From NCBI GenBank assembly GCA_973851085.1, contig OZ316776.1, forward strand, positions 1,674,001 to 1,738,000: a stretch of DNA of 64,000 bases, given 5' to 3'. This DNA comes from Ptychomitrium polyphyllum. Lineage: Eukaryota. Positions 48,613 to 61,034 of the stretch are shown here, in pieces. The notes under the pieces are model-generated. The model worked only from the letters and a program-made list of their open reading frames with translations. It had not been told where the DNA came from and ran no database searches. The position numbers and the translations under genes are program-made. Every line of letters starts with the position of its first letter. The stretch's first letter is position 1.

Positions 48613-51600
48613 TATTAGGGACACAAGAAACAAGAAGCAAAAACAAAGTGTTTCCCAAAAATTAGCTTTCAAAGAGCTAATGATTAACAAGAACTTGATA
48701 CAAAGACTAGAACAAGGCAGGATTCAAGATGATCCACAACTTGTGTTGGCAAGACTAAGGAATACCTTGTCTTGCCTCCTATTTATACTATGACATTTGT
48801 ATTTCCTAGGATACTTCTAAAGAAGCTTCCTACAAGGTTTAAGAATGTTTTGGAAGTCTAGAGAACCTTCTCAAGAATTTTCTTAAGATGTTGGAACCTT
48901 CCTAAGAGTCATCCAAGGAGTTGGAACCGTCCTTGGAAGTTTCCTAAGGTAGCGGAACTTTCTGAGGAAGTTTGCTAAAGAAGTAGAACCTTTCTAGGAA
49001 GTTTCCTAAGATGATGGAACCTTCCTAGGAAGTTTTCTAAGATGATGGAACCTTTCTAGGAAGTTTCCTAAAGTGGGGGAACTTTCTTAGGAAGCTTCCT
49101 AAGAACACGGAAAGACTATGAAGACATCTAAAAATATTCTAAGAAGCTATTATAATATATTAGAAGGTTCTAGAATGTTCTACAGACTATGTTGCATGAT
49201 CTAAGTCCGTGACATCACCTCCCCATTTAGCGACGAGTCCCATGAGGAGTTCTTTTCTTGGCTTGCAAATTACATTTCTACAAATTCCAAAATTTGTCAA
49301 AGGAGTGAAGCAACATACTCTGCTTGTTGTTCTTTGTTCACTAGTTCAACTGGTCCTTGTAAGAAGCGCCAATGGCTACCAGCCAAGACTTCTGTTGTTG
49401 AAATGTCCATCCCAAGATCTGATCTTGATTAAGTCCTTCAAAACATCCTCCACACAAGATTTCGGGTCCCCAAGGAGTGACTCTTCCAATTTCTAACAAG
49501 ATGACTAGAGCGCGAGCATCTGAATCAAGACTAGAATGTGAAGCGCAATTAGTCAATACTTCTGCACGAGGTTGTACTCGACGTTGGGATGTCCCTCCCA
49601 TATCTTGACTTAGATCCTCTATTACCGAGGGCTGAGAAAGTTGAGTTGGCTCAATAAATGTTGTTGTTGATGAAGGCATGGCCGACTACTCTTCACACAT
49701 ATCCACGATAACACAAAGATTTGACATGATAGCTAGGATCTGGAAACGATCTATCTTGAAAATAATGCTGCATACAATTAGAGGTTTAGATATCTCTCCT
49801 TCCTTCTTATACTTGTCTATGAAGGAAAAACATCTCTGTGAAGCTAACGGCTGCTAATGACATATCATCACTGACCTAGTTTCTGAGGATATCTTTCATG
49901 AAATTCGCGTACCTTCTCGGATGCATTTGTTACAATCGTTGAAGGTTCCCATGTTCGGTCATTGATGCCATATCCTTGCCAATCTATAAGGTACTCCACA
50001 CGTCCGTTCTTGATGAGTGAATCTAAGATCTCTTCTACTTCATATTCAATTTCATTATTGATTTCCAACGGAGGAGGCAAAGGGACAATTGTCTTTGGTA
50101 GTCATGATTTATTATAGGTTTCCAACAACGATACGTAGAATATAGGATGAATTTGCATGCTTGGTGGTAGCTTTAGGCGATAACTAACCGGATCTATCTG
50201 TTTGTTGATTTCAAACGGTCCTAGCCTTTGATAGTCCAACTTCTTTGATGGTCTTTTTGTTTGTATATTTCATTGTAGGAGCCATATGCTATCTCCAACC
50301 TTGAACTTTTGATGGTCCTTTCAATGGCAATCTACATAAGTTTTGTAACGATCTTGAGCTTGTTGTAACTGGAAAGTAATTTCTTGATGGATTTTAGCAA
50401 GTTGAATTGCAAAATCCTTTGCTGCAGGACTTCCAACATGCTTCACTTGAAACGGTTTTATTCGAGGATGATGGCCATAGTTTGCAAAGAATGGACTTTG
50501 AATTATTGAAGAATGCACTGTATTGTTGTAAGCAAATTCTGCCAAAGGCAAGAGGTCCATCCAATTGTCTTGCTGGTAATTTATGCTATAACGAAGGTAC
50601 TGTTCCAAAATTTGATTTACACGTTTGGTTTGGCCATCAATTTGTGGATGGTATATTGAAAAAAGAATAATTTTTACACACAACAGTTGAAACAGAGCCT
50701 TCCAAAAGTTGGAAATGAATTGCGGCCTCTGATCGAATATGACATCATCTCGTAGTCCATGTATGCAGTAGACATGATTTGAGAACAACTTGGCAGTTTC
50801 TTCTCCCGTTACCATCTTGTTGTATGGAATGAAATGTGCCATTTTGGTAAATTGATCTACCACTACCAAAATAGAATCCTTAGAATCGGAATTTAGAAGG
50901 TCTGTAATAAAATCCATTGATAAAGACAACCATGGATCCTTTGGCATTGGAAGCGGATGGAGGAGACTATGAGGTTGGTGCCTTGGTACCTTGGCTCTTG
51001 CACAAGTGTCGCATGATTGAACAAAGTCCTTTACGTACTTCCACATTTGTGGCCACCAATAGTCTCCAGCAGTCAACTCCATTGTTTTATTGAATCCAAA
51101 ATGTCCTGCTGCTGGAAAATCATGACGTGCTTGAAGGATCTTCAACCGCAAAGGGCCTGGAGGTAGGTACAAAAGTCCTTTATAAAAAATTAAGCCCTCT
51201 TGGAATTCAAAGTCCTCATCGCTATTTGAAGGATCTCCATTGTTTTTGAGGCGCTTCTTTATATTTGAGACAAAAACATCATTCTTTAAAGCCTTCCGAA
51301 TTTTGTCAAGATGGGATGTTGTCGTAATAATGGCTGCTTTCAATTGAAGATTCTCAGGCTTCAATAAAATAGTCCTTTGTTGATTCAAAACATCATCTCC
51401 AGGTTGAGGAGCTAAATAAGATCTTCGAGATAAGGCATCTGGCTTATCTTGCAAGCTACCAGATCGATAGGTAATGACAAAGTCAAATCTGGAAAGTGAC
51501 ATATTCCACCTTGCTTGACACTGATTAAAAATGCACGCCCTTATGAAATACTCCAAGTTCTTGTGGTCTGTGTATATCGTGATGGTATGTTGAGCTCCTT

Positions 51601-53517
51601 TCAATAAGTGTCGCCATTCTTTAAACGCATCCACAATTGCAAGTAGTTCTTTATCATATATATCATAGTTGATCTCTGCTGCTGAGAACTTCCTTGAACA
51701 AAAGGCAAGAAGGTGAAGTCTCCTGTCTTCATCATATTGTAAGAGTACTGAGCCAAGCGCAAAATTTGAGGCATCCGCTTCCAAATAAAAAGGCTTTGAT
51801 GGATTTGGATGAATAAGAATTGGAGCGGACGTGAATGACTTTTTAAGACTTTGAAATACTTATTCCGCCTCTTCATCCAAAATGAATTTTTGCTTCCTCG
51901 TAAGACGTGTTAATGGTGTCGCAATCTTGGAATAATTCTTGATGAATATTTTGTAGAAGTTTGCAGATTTTAAGAAGCATTGGACATCTTGAATTGATCT
52001 TGGCGTACTCCAATCCATGACACTGCTTATTTTTTTCTTATCCATATGGATTCCTCCTTTGGAAATGATGTAGCCTAAAAATTTAACCAAGGATTCATTG
52101 AAAAGGCACTTCTTTAATTTGGCATATAATCCTTGCTGGCGTAATTTTTCTAAGACCAATCGCACATGACATTTGTAGTCTTGTTCATCCTTTGAATATA
52201 TCAAAATGTCATTTAAGTAGATGACTATAAAATCATCCAAATGTTCATGGAAGATATCATTCATCATATGTTGGAAGAGTGCGTGAGCATTAGTAAGGCC
52301 AAAAGGCATGACATTGTATTCAAAATGACCATATTTAGATCAAAAAGCTGTCTTCCATTCGTCTCCTTCTTTGATGCGTACAAGATTGTAGGCTCCCTTA
52401 AGATCAATTTTGGTGAATATCTTTGCTTGGCCAAGTTTTTGTAAGAGTCCTAAGATTAATGGTAATGGATAGCGATTCTTTTTTGTTACTTTATTGAGGC
52501 CTCGATAGTCCACGCACATTCGTAATGATCCATCTTTCTTCTTTATAAATAGAATGGGTGTTCGAGCAGGTAATTTAGAGTGTTGAATGAAACCCTTTCC
52601 GAGGTTTTCATCAATATAATCTCTTAAGGTAGCCAATTGAGTTTGTGATAAGTTATAAATAGGTCCAAAAGGTGGTGGAGCTAGTATTGAGTCCCGGTTG
52701 GTTGAGCTAGTATTGGGGCTTCACCACGGGGACTCCCACACCATTGTGAGCCGGTGGACAGCCGATTTCACAAAGGCAACTAGCACGTTTAAAAGGGTAC
52801 GCTTGTTACCACTAAGTTGGAGTGGTGTCTTCACGCCGGCACCATGATGGCCCGGGATGATCTTAGGATCACATGAGCATCATGAGTGGTGGTGAGGAGA
52901 CACCACTAAGTGCGGTTAGGCCGTGTGGAATGAGAGTAACACCAAAGAGGCCTTGGAATTGAATGGAAGTCCGCACCTAACCATTGGCTACTAATAAATT
53001 GGGTGTCCTAAGAGAAATGGTAGAAAGACTTAAAAAGTGAAAATGGGGGTTAACCATGTGCATATGGGGGTGTAAAGGATTGACGCGCGTGACGCTTGCT
53101 AAGCTACATTACAAAGCTCGCGACAAATACCTTGTCTTGCCTCCTATTTATACTATGACATTTGTGTTTCCTAGGATACTTCTAAAGAAGCTTCCTACAA
53201 GGTTTAAGAATGTTTTGGAAGTCTAGGAAACCCTCTTAAGAAGTTTCCTAAGATGTTGGAACCTTCCTAAGAGTCTTCCAAGGAGTTGGAACCTTCCTTG
53301 GAAGTTTCCTAAAGTAGCGGAACTTTCTTAGGAAGTTTGCTAAAGATGATAGAACTTTCTAGGAAGTTTTCTAAGGTGGAGGAACTTTCCTATGAAACTT
53401 CCTAAAAACATGGAAAGACTATAGAGACATTGAAAAATATTCTAAGAAGCTATTATAATATACTAGAAGGTTATAAAATGTTCTAAGGACTATGTTGCAT
53501 GATCTATGTTCGTGACA
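48613..53517 (-). mobile_element. Younger Ty3/Gypsy chromovirus (element A2, same LTR family as A1); gag and protease deleted
   Basis: 3' LTR 48613-49214 with PPT (aatggggaggtga) at 49215-49227. RT ([43 protein letters not shown]), RNase H (EADASNFALG, YDKELLAIV, TDHKNL), integrase (HD..AGHFG..C..C, SMDFI, HPQIDGQTKR), chromodomain (EYEVEEILDS..EYLIDWQGYG..TWEP). Partial 5' LTR 53126-53517. Confidence 0.95.
52681..53125 (-). mobile_element. Truncated family-B LTR (B2) inserted into the 5' LTR of A2, opposite in orientation to B1
   Basis: The reverse complement begins tgtcgcgagc and aligns with 48062-48510 (shared catggtgccggcgtgaagacaccac and tagtagccaatggttaggtgc). Confidence 0.85.
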
Positions 53518-55984
53518 CTCTTTGTAGCTAGCTAAATCCCGACACATCCAAAACGTTTGAAGACCATCCAATCTCGATTGAGGCTTAGTTGTTGAAAGCC
53601 TCCAAAAATTCCTATGGACCTTTTGAAAGCCATGTTTTCCATGTTTGGTCTTTGAATCTATCAAGAAACCACTCTATTTTTATTTTTTCTTTGCATAGAT
53701 GCCAATAGATTTCTCAAACGTCTAATTTGAGTTAGTATTCTAGGAGATATGCCTCTGCCAAAGTTTAGGACTCTTGAAAGTCCTTCCTTGCATTGTCCTA
53801 GTCTAGTACAGTCAGTCTAGGACTGCCACAATCTAAAATAGCCCTTGGACAATCCCAACTTTGAGAGACCATATTTTTTAGCTCTCTTGTCCAATTTGAG
53901 CGATCCTTGGCATTCAAAAATCAACTCATTGTGAGGCATGTAATGCCTATAATTTCTCTCTTGTGACTTTTAGTTTTAATGGGCAAAGATGTTTCTTCTC
54001 TTTGGGGTCCTTCCCGCATTAGGCCTACTTGAATCACCTTACTATCAGTGCCACAAGTCTCGGACATCACTTCGAGGTTTCCCTAGTGCCCTTAGTATTG
54101 CAGGCGCTCCTCAAAGAGAGATGTGCGACACTCCTTGTGGTCGGATTTATAATACTTTTGAAGAAGTAGTTGCCATATTTTGATATACCAATTGCCATCC
54201 CAAGCATTGTTTTTAGCGCCTCTTAAATAGTCTATTGTTACATGCTATTGTTTAGATAATGAATTTGTTCAATATTTTAATTTTTGGCATTGTGAGTAAG
54301 AAGTCCTTCATATTTTCTCTCAATTTCCATTGGAATTATGTAACCAAAGCCTTATCATTCCAATCAAGGTTGCAAATTAATTGTTGAAACTCTACAATAT
54401 ATGTAGCAGCCAAACGCTGTCCTTGTTGTAGACTTTGGTCCTTATTTCAGCCACTCTTTTTCAGTCATTTTCTCCAAAAATAGTTGTCAACGCTTATATG
54501 AAAGCATCTAAATTATTCAATAATGGTGATTGCTTCTCTATTAATGATACAAACTACAATAATGCGTTGTTTGATAGAAGAATGGCTATAAATTCTACTT
54601 GAGTAGTGCCATCAAAATAGCAAGATTGATATAAATTAAAAAAAAGCCTTACTTGTTGAACAAAGCCTCTCAACTTTGATCTTGATTTATCAAGTTTCTC
54701 TGGCATATTAATTATTAGCTATGTATGGTTTCAACATAAGCTTTTTCTTCCAATATTAGTCTCTTGCAATTAAACAACCTCTTAATATAAACTATGAATA
54801 TTGCCATTAGATTGTTTAGCTTGTTGAGTTTGCTGCTCTAAATTATTGGTGGTATTGATGCAAACAAGTTTTATTTGAATTATATTTAATAATTCTTGAA
54901 GGTCTATAATAGTTGCAAACCCATTCTTTAATGTTTCAGGCATGTTATTCATTACTTCAAATTGTCAAAGACAAAAAGACTATGAATATTTTTAGAGGAG
55001 GATAATCTGTGTTTTTTGAAAGATTGATCTTTTTTCAAAAGAAGTAGCAGTTGCTTTTAGAAGAAAAAACCAACTTATGGTGATAACATAAAGAGAGTAA
55101 TCTGCAACTTCTAAGATGCTATGGGATCTTAAAGAAGATGGATAATCTACTATTTTCTTTAAAGAACATAGTCGTTTGAAAGGTATTCTATGAAACTAAT
55201 ATTATATAACAGAAGGTTCACTATTTATTAATTTGGTGTAGGCAAAAGATAAAAGAATTAGAATCTGTAACTTAATGATTGCAAGAGGTTTTACAAATGA
55301 ATAAAAAAGAAATTTTGTAAATAGTCAATTTCTGAATTATTCTTAAAAAAAGAAATCAAAATTGTACATGTTTATTATACCTTGTTATTAGGTCCATATA
55401 AAATCTACTAGTATATTTGATAATTTTTAACTTTTCTCTCATTTCACTAAATTGCTTTAAATTATTTTAAAATGCCTATTTACAAGTTTCCATCAACAAT
55501 CTATCATTCTTTTATAGTTGCAAGATAGAAAGTTACAACCTTTTATGAGGTATTTTTTGCATTAAGCACATACTCAAAAAAAATGGATCTTATTTAAAAA
55601 AGCTTATAGATTTATTCATGCCTTTTTATTGCTTTTAATTTAAACTACTACATTGTGGACCTTGACACATATTCATAGGTACCTAAGGATTTAGACCCCA
55701 TTTAGGCTTGACGCACTAAAATCTAATCACAAAATATCATTCTACAATCACCACAACTTCACAATTATTACACACCATAAGAAAATATTGTGCAATTTTA
55801 AATCAATCTATTGCAATGTGCTTTTGGACATAAAAAATGCTTCTTTCCAACACAAGTCTCTTCAATTTTGGCAAAGTATCACAACTCCAATAACTTTGGA
55901 TGATTTCCTTAACAACAATGTCCATCTTAAAACATTGTAATATACTATTTTATCTATACTCTATGATCTTATCTTCTCTGTATA

Positions 55985-57076
55985 TCAAACCAGCTCCTCA
56001 ATCTTTTTGCCAATCAATCCCACTAATTCCGTAAATGTTGGTCCATGCCAACATCTAGCCCACAATGACTTCATCCATGGCTGAGTTTGACTTGGCAAAG
56101 TGGGTCATCAATCACTCGGTTAGAATTTCGTAGATATCTGAAGCTTCGAAACAGAACTCTGGTGCGACGTTCGCATTCCTCACAGCGAGCAATATCTGGC
56201 GCCCTTCAAAATCCCGTTCCCACCACTCCAACTGAACACTCATAATGCGTTACGTAGGACCAGACAGTAATATGCCGACTTAGAGGATCGAACTTGCTAA
56301 AGCCCTCTACGAACACGATTGCAGCATTCAAACCCCGGTGAGTAACATTCCTCCCGTCCAAGCCATTCATCCAATTCGCAATCTGCCACATGTACTCCAG
56401 AGTTTCCAGGAGTGCGAAGGGCGGGCCGTGCATGTGGTTGTGGACCATTCTGACATCAATCAGCTTCCGCAGGTCTCCCCACCTTCTCTGCATGTAAACG
56501 GCAAATCGTCCGTTGATCAACATCGCACCATGTGTTGAATTACAGTACGCTCAACCAAAGAATGTCCCCAAAGTACAGGTAAAATGATCTGCAAGCATGC
56601 CCTGGGGCATAAGACGTTGCAGGTCTTGCAGGCTTAGTTCCTCGAACATCTTTAACGCCGTTCCAGGACTGGCAACACGAGGACAGCCCGGGTCTCGCCA
56701 CCGAACTTCAAATACTTCCGCCTGCCCTCCTTCCTCAATCTTCTCGCCCACCTCCCTGACCTCGTAGTTCCAGCCTTGAAGAACCCATCCTCCTCATCAG
56801 GCCATTGTTCCTGGAGACTCCTGAACACGCTCAGGTTCTCAGCTGCTAATGCCTCCCCCACCGTGCCACTAGTTGGTGACAACTCGCTCCAGGTCACTCT
56901 GGAAGCTTCCACCTCGGACTCCACCTTGTCATCCTCGGATTGCTCTTCCGCTGCTCTATCAGACCTGCAATCCGTGGAGGGTAGAACTCTGAATCGATCT
57001 CCGCATTCGACTGTTGTGAGCGGCATTCTGACGACTGTGAGCCAAAGCATCTGAGAACTCCGATATCCGAAGCCAT
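55985..57076 (-). pseudogene. TKL-type protein kinase pseudogene, copy B; its 5' region extends to 57881
   Basis: EGGQAEVF, ALKMF, HRGLNAA (catalytic Asp lost), THYECSVGVVGTGF*RAP, YEILT, RCWH..PTFTELV. Frameshifts, stops and internal deletions. Confidence 0.88.
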
Positions 57077-57881
57077 CCACGTTTCATAATGGAACGAGCT
57101 CAGCTGGGACGGAACCTAGACATCCAACATCCCGCCAACGGAACCGGCAGGGTTCGAACCGATCGGCACGACCAGCGTAAGCGCGCCCTCCCGAGACTGG
57201 CTCGTCGTTCGCCAACGCTCACACCGAGCCGCCACGAGAACCTCACGCACCCCGCTCACGGACCACCCTATCCTTCGCATGACCGGAAGACTCCCCAGTG
57301 TTCTCCTAAAACCACAGGGGTGGATTCTAGCCGAGACGAGGACCCTAGATGCATCGGCCCATGTGTGTAGCACAATCCGGTGGAGGAGAAGAAGGTGCTC
57401 TCTTCCGAACACAGGGATCGGACACCTGCTTGCTTCACCAGCAGACCCGCCCACCGACATCACTAAATCCTGTGGACGGAAATCTACAGCAATGCCACAC
57501 CGGATGAAAGAGATCTAAGAGATCGGGCTAGCGACGGCCCTCCTGCCAGAATCACGCCTCAGAGAGCACAGAGGGAGGAAGGCCACCACCAGGCGCAAGA
57601 AACGGCCCCCGAATGCCTCTTCTGCTTCGACGCTCGACGAACGGCCACCCGGGTGCTTCTTTTCCAACGAACCTCGCTCACCAACGCCCTCACGTTCCGT
57701 CGCAACACCACAGAGCTACAGAAAATCCTTCTACTCATGGTCGCATCCATGCACGTACCTGTTGAGCCGGTGTCGCTGTGTGCGAAGAAAGATCGAAGAC
57801 GCGTAATGAGCACAGCTAGCCGACAATTCAGCAACAACCGCGTCGCAGTTGTAGTCAACATGATGTAGGTGATCATTTTAC
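56217..57881. repeat. Inverted duplication, copy B; partner 30421-31473 plus 35866-36408
   Basis: The same ORF translations appear on opposite strands (e.g. 30441-30743 + and 57559-57876 -). An 81-bp segment is present only in copy A. Confidence 0.95.
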
Positions 57882-58087
57882 TCAGAAGCTAGCACATGCA
57901 ACAATTGACCTTAGGGCTTGGCTTCAAATTCAACCTCGTATGTTTCATTAAAGCTCATTCGATTCTCAGCCGGTTGCTGCCTCTCGTCGTTTGCAGCAGC
58001 TTTGTGTACTTACAGCCTATGTTTATTCTAGCTGCAGATTGGCGAGCTGGTTCGTTTGGGCAATTGTGAGTTTGGCGAGGATTAGGT

Positions 58088-58489
58088 ATGTTATCGACAA
58101 ACTCGAAGTTGATGGATACCAAGGTTTCGGCAGTGATTGTGAACGCCAGCGAGCAGGCGCTGACCATAGAAGCGGGCAACTGCCAGTGCCATGTCAAGCT
58201 TACCAGCATCAAGGTTGGCGGTGAATACGAGATGCAGATCGATGTGACCTGGACCTACTAGGAGTTTATGGTGCAGGACAAGTCCCACTCTCACCACCCG
58301 CTCTTCCTCAACTCCGACGAGTGCTGTGACTACGAGTGCATCACCATTCAGCAGAACATGGACGGCAGTTTGAACGTCCAAAGAGATATTCGCCATTTCT
58401 GTTCCAACGACAGCGCCGTCAAAGTCACGAGTAGTGGTACTCTACTCAGCAGCTGGAAGTCGTGGTTGTGCAGACTCAGGTATGTGTAG
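58088..58489 (+). pseudogene. Small Cys-containing protein gene with one in-frame TAG; resembles a bryophyte-expanded family I recall as DUF7748-like (tentative)
   Basis: One frame: MLSTNSKLMDTKVSAVIVNASEQALTIEAGNCQCHVKLTSIKVGGEYEMQIDVTWTY*EFMVQDKSHSHHPLFLNSDECCDYECITIQQ...RLRYV*. TAG at 58259-58261; GC-ending codon bias. Confidence 0.6.
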
Positions 58490-59030
58490 AACATTTGATG
58501 CCGGTAACCTTTTCAGGTTGTATTATTACACTTTCAAGTGCACAGATGGGATGTGCACACATTGTACAGGACAATACTGTATGGTACCTACGTGGATCAA
58601 TTCAATTTGGGACCATGATCACTGAAGAGTTTACATGATCTCAATTCAGTTTAAACAATCAGCAACATCCAGAGCTCCTGCACTGCCTCACAACTAAATG
58701 CGTGATAGATTGCACAGCACTATGATACATCTCCTCCGGAAAAGCTCGATGAAAACGTTTGGCCACTTTGCGAAGATAAGATGATCAGTATTTTGATGTA
58801 TGGATCTGGATCCAGTTCTCGGTACAATTATTTGGGGGTCCCTTTAGATGAAAGGGATCATCTAAAGGCAGGTTTTATAAAGGGAATCATGGTGTATATT
58901 GTAAGTTGTTTTCATGAAGATCCTTACTTCAACAAAATTTTCTCTTGTAATAAAGATTTTACTTCACCCATGGCAATAGTTAATGTTTGTACACCTTTGG
59001 ATGTGAAAGAACATGATAATTGTTTTAAAC

Positions 59031-59102
59031 TGTGATTTGATGTAATACATTTGATGTGATTTGATGTAATACATTTGATGTGATTTGATGTAATACATTT
59101 GA
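59031..59102. repeat. 24-bp minisatellite x3
   Basis: (tgtgatttgatgtaatacatttga)x3. Confidence 0.9.
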
Positions 59103-59638
59103 TTAAAGGAGATGTAAAAATTGTTTATAAATTGAACTTATATTGAATATATATCAAACTTTTGTGAATAATTGCTTTTTGAATAAACCGTATGTTGATG
59201 TTTTGTCAATAATTATATAAATTTTAAATATGACAATGTTGGGATACTCTTTTTATATTTTTCAAAATGTAAAATGATGAAATTAACATGCAATATGATG
59301 CTATAACCTTCTATATGAACATTTCAGTTGAAGGACAAGAATTTGTGATTAAATACAAGTTCAAGCTAATACAAAAAAAAAGTAGGAAAGAGTTGTGGTT
59401 TTTTTACAAGTGTTTTAACCACAACACATTATTGACCCTATAAAAAAATACAATGTGTTACAAAATGAAGGCAAAAACAAAATATAATGTCCCATATATT
59501 ATTGTGTCCAAATGTAAAGAAATACCTAGATCATGAACCTTAATGTTAATTATATTCAAGGCCATTAAATCATCTAAAATAAATAATTTGCAATTAGCTT
59601 CAATTTTCCAAAATAAAATATATTATATATAAAAGTAT

Positions 59639-59739
59639 TATATATATATATGTATATACATATATATACATATATATACATATATATACATATATATACA
59701 TATATATACATATATATACATATATATACATATATATAC
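59639..59739. repeat. (TATATATACA)n microsatellite
   Basis: About eight to nine tandem 10-mers, directly visible. Confidence 0.95.
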
Positions 59740-61034
59740 TGCTTAAGTTAATTATGGCAATTCAAATTAAATGATCCTTATTGCATATAACTTGCCATAT
59801 CCTAAGAGTTGGATACCTTGTTACAGTTTCAAATCAAAATCTGATCATGTCCAAATGACTTTTGTCTATCATCATGTACTTCATCATGATCTACAAAGTA
59901 TTCTTAATAGAAATTGGATTATCCTTTGAATCAACTCTTAGAAATGGTAGCAAAACATGCTTAACAACAACATACAACTCTGGGAACCATAGCAGTGATA
60001 TGGCATTTGGTCATGATCAGATACCACAACCGCATCAAAATTCATCTTGAATGCAGTTGTCAGAAGGATATTCCCGTCTAGTGTTCTAAAATTCTGTGTA
60101 TTACCCAGAATTTGTTATCGTCAAATACGGTCCTGCACTAGATTATCTATAAGAGGTGTAGATTTGACGAAGTAAATGTAAGCCCTTAGCTGCTATCGGT
60201 GTTTGGATGCACATCTGTAGTAACGGCTTTACATGCAATGATACGTTTAGGTATCCAGTATCCGGGTAATCACGGGCTTGGGCAACCAAGGATGGGTTTA
60301 GGTTCCCGATCGGGTTTATGTTTCGTAACGGCTTTAGAAAAAGTGACGGAAATGTGTAGGAAGACTCGTGTTTTAGGTCCAGTAGCGGGGTTAGGTGTAG
60401 TAACGGATATAGATGAGCAAGGATATAAGGAAATTGGAGGGTTTAGGTTAAGTGGCTGAATGAGGAGCAGTAACAGATTTGGGTCCAGAGGGTCGTCCCT
60501 TCAGGTCCAGGACCGGGAATAGGGGGGGGTGGTGACGGGTTTAGGTTCAGTAACTGGTATAGGCAGGCGGCTCTTATCCAGAGAGAGCGAGCGACAGAAC
60601 GTGATGAGAATGCGAAGCAGCGACGCAAGGAATTCAAGCTTTCGCCCAAATCGAGCGATGGTGGTGGCCGTGGTGACCTCGCTCGTCATCTGATTCCTTC
60701 CAGCTTCCCCTTCATCTTCAAGCTCACAGTAACTTAGTGGGTGTCAAGATAGGAAGATGGCAGGGTGATCGACTTTAGGGAATCTTACAAAGTGGAGGAA
60801 CCGAGCCTGCAAAGTGCGAGATAGGGCCTTCACAGAGCTTCGTCTTGCACTTGAAGTAGGTAATGAAACCCGCAGGTTGTTACTGGTATTGGCTCTTTTG
60901 TCTCAGTGAACTAGACATTCATTTCACACAACTTCATTCTCCGGTAGGTTCAGTTGTGTTTCTGAATCCGCTCACAGCAAGGTTAGACGCAGGAATTCGA
61001 ATCTGGATGTCATGAGGTTGAGTGTTTCTATGGT

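Larger units (their letters stand above)
48062..54130 (+). mobile_element. Family-B solo LTR (B1, ~1.16 kb) split into 48062-48612 and 53518-54130 by element A2; orientation is relative only
   Basis: Termini t(a)tcgca...tgcgaca, flanked by an imperfect 5-bp TSD gtcct/ctcct. Removing the insert restores A1 gag RPQGPKSMQID. Homologous to 52681-53125. Confidence 0.75.
44300..55260 (-). mobile_element. Old, highly degenerate Ty3/Gypsy chromovirus (element A1), interrupted in gag by a nested insertion at 48062-54130; 5' end uncertain
   Basis: 3' LTR 44300-44837; chromodomain (EYKVKEILKSRIKN..KYLIHWQEYG); integrase (MDFI, FLPLAEFAYNN); RT remnant ~46680-47200; protease-like ~47500-47720; zinc knuckle LCLYCRKFGY ~47960; gag LQQGQRLAATYIVEFQQL..DWNDKAL at ~54350-54435. 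Confidence 0.88.

Noticed and set aside
48860..49105. CRISPR-like array of palindromic ~31-bp repeats
   Set aside because: The units are contiguous and degenerate with no unique spacers. They lie inside retrotransposon LTRs and there are no cas genes.
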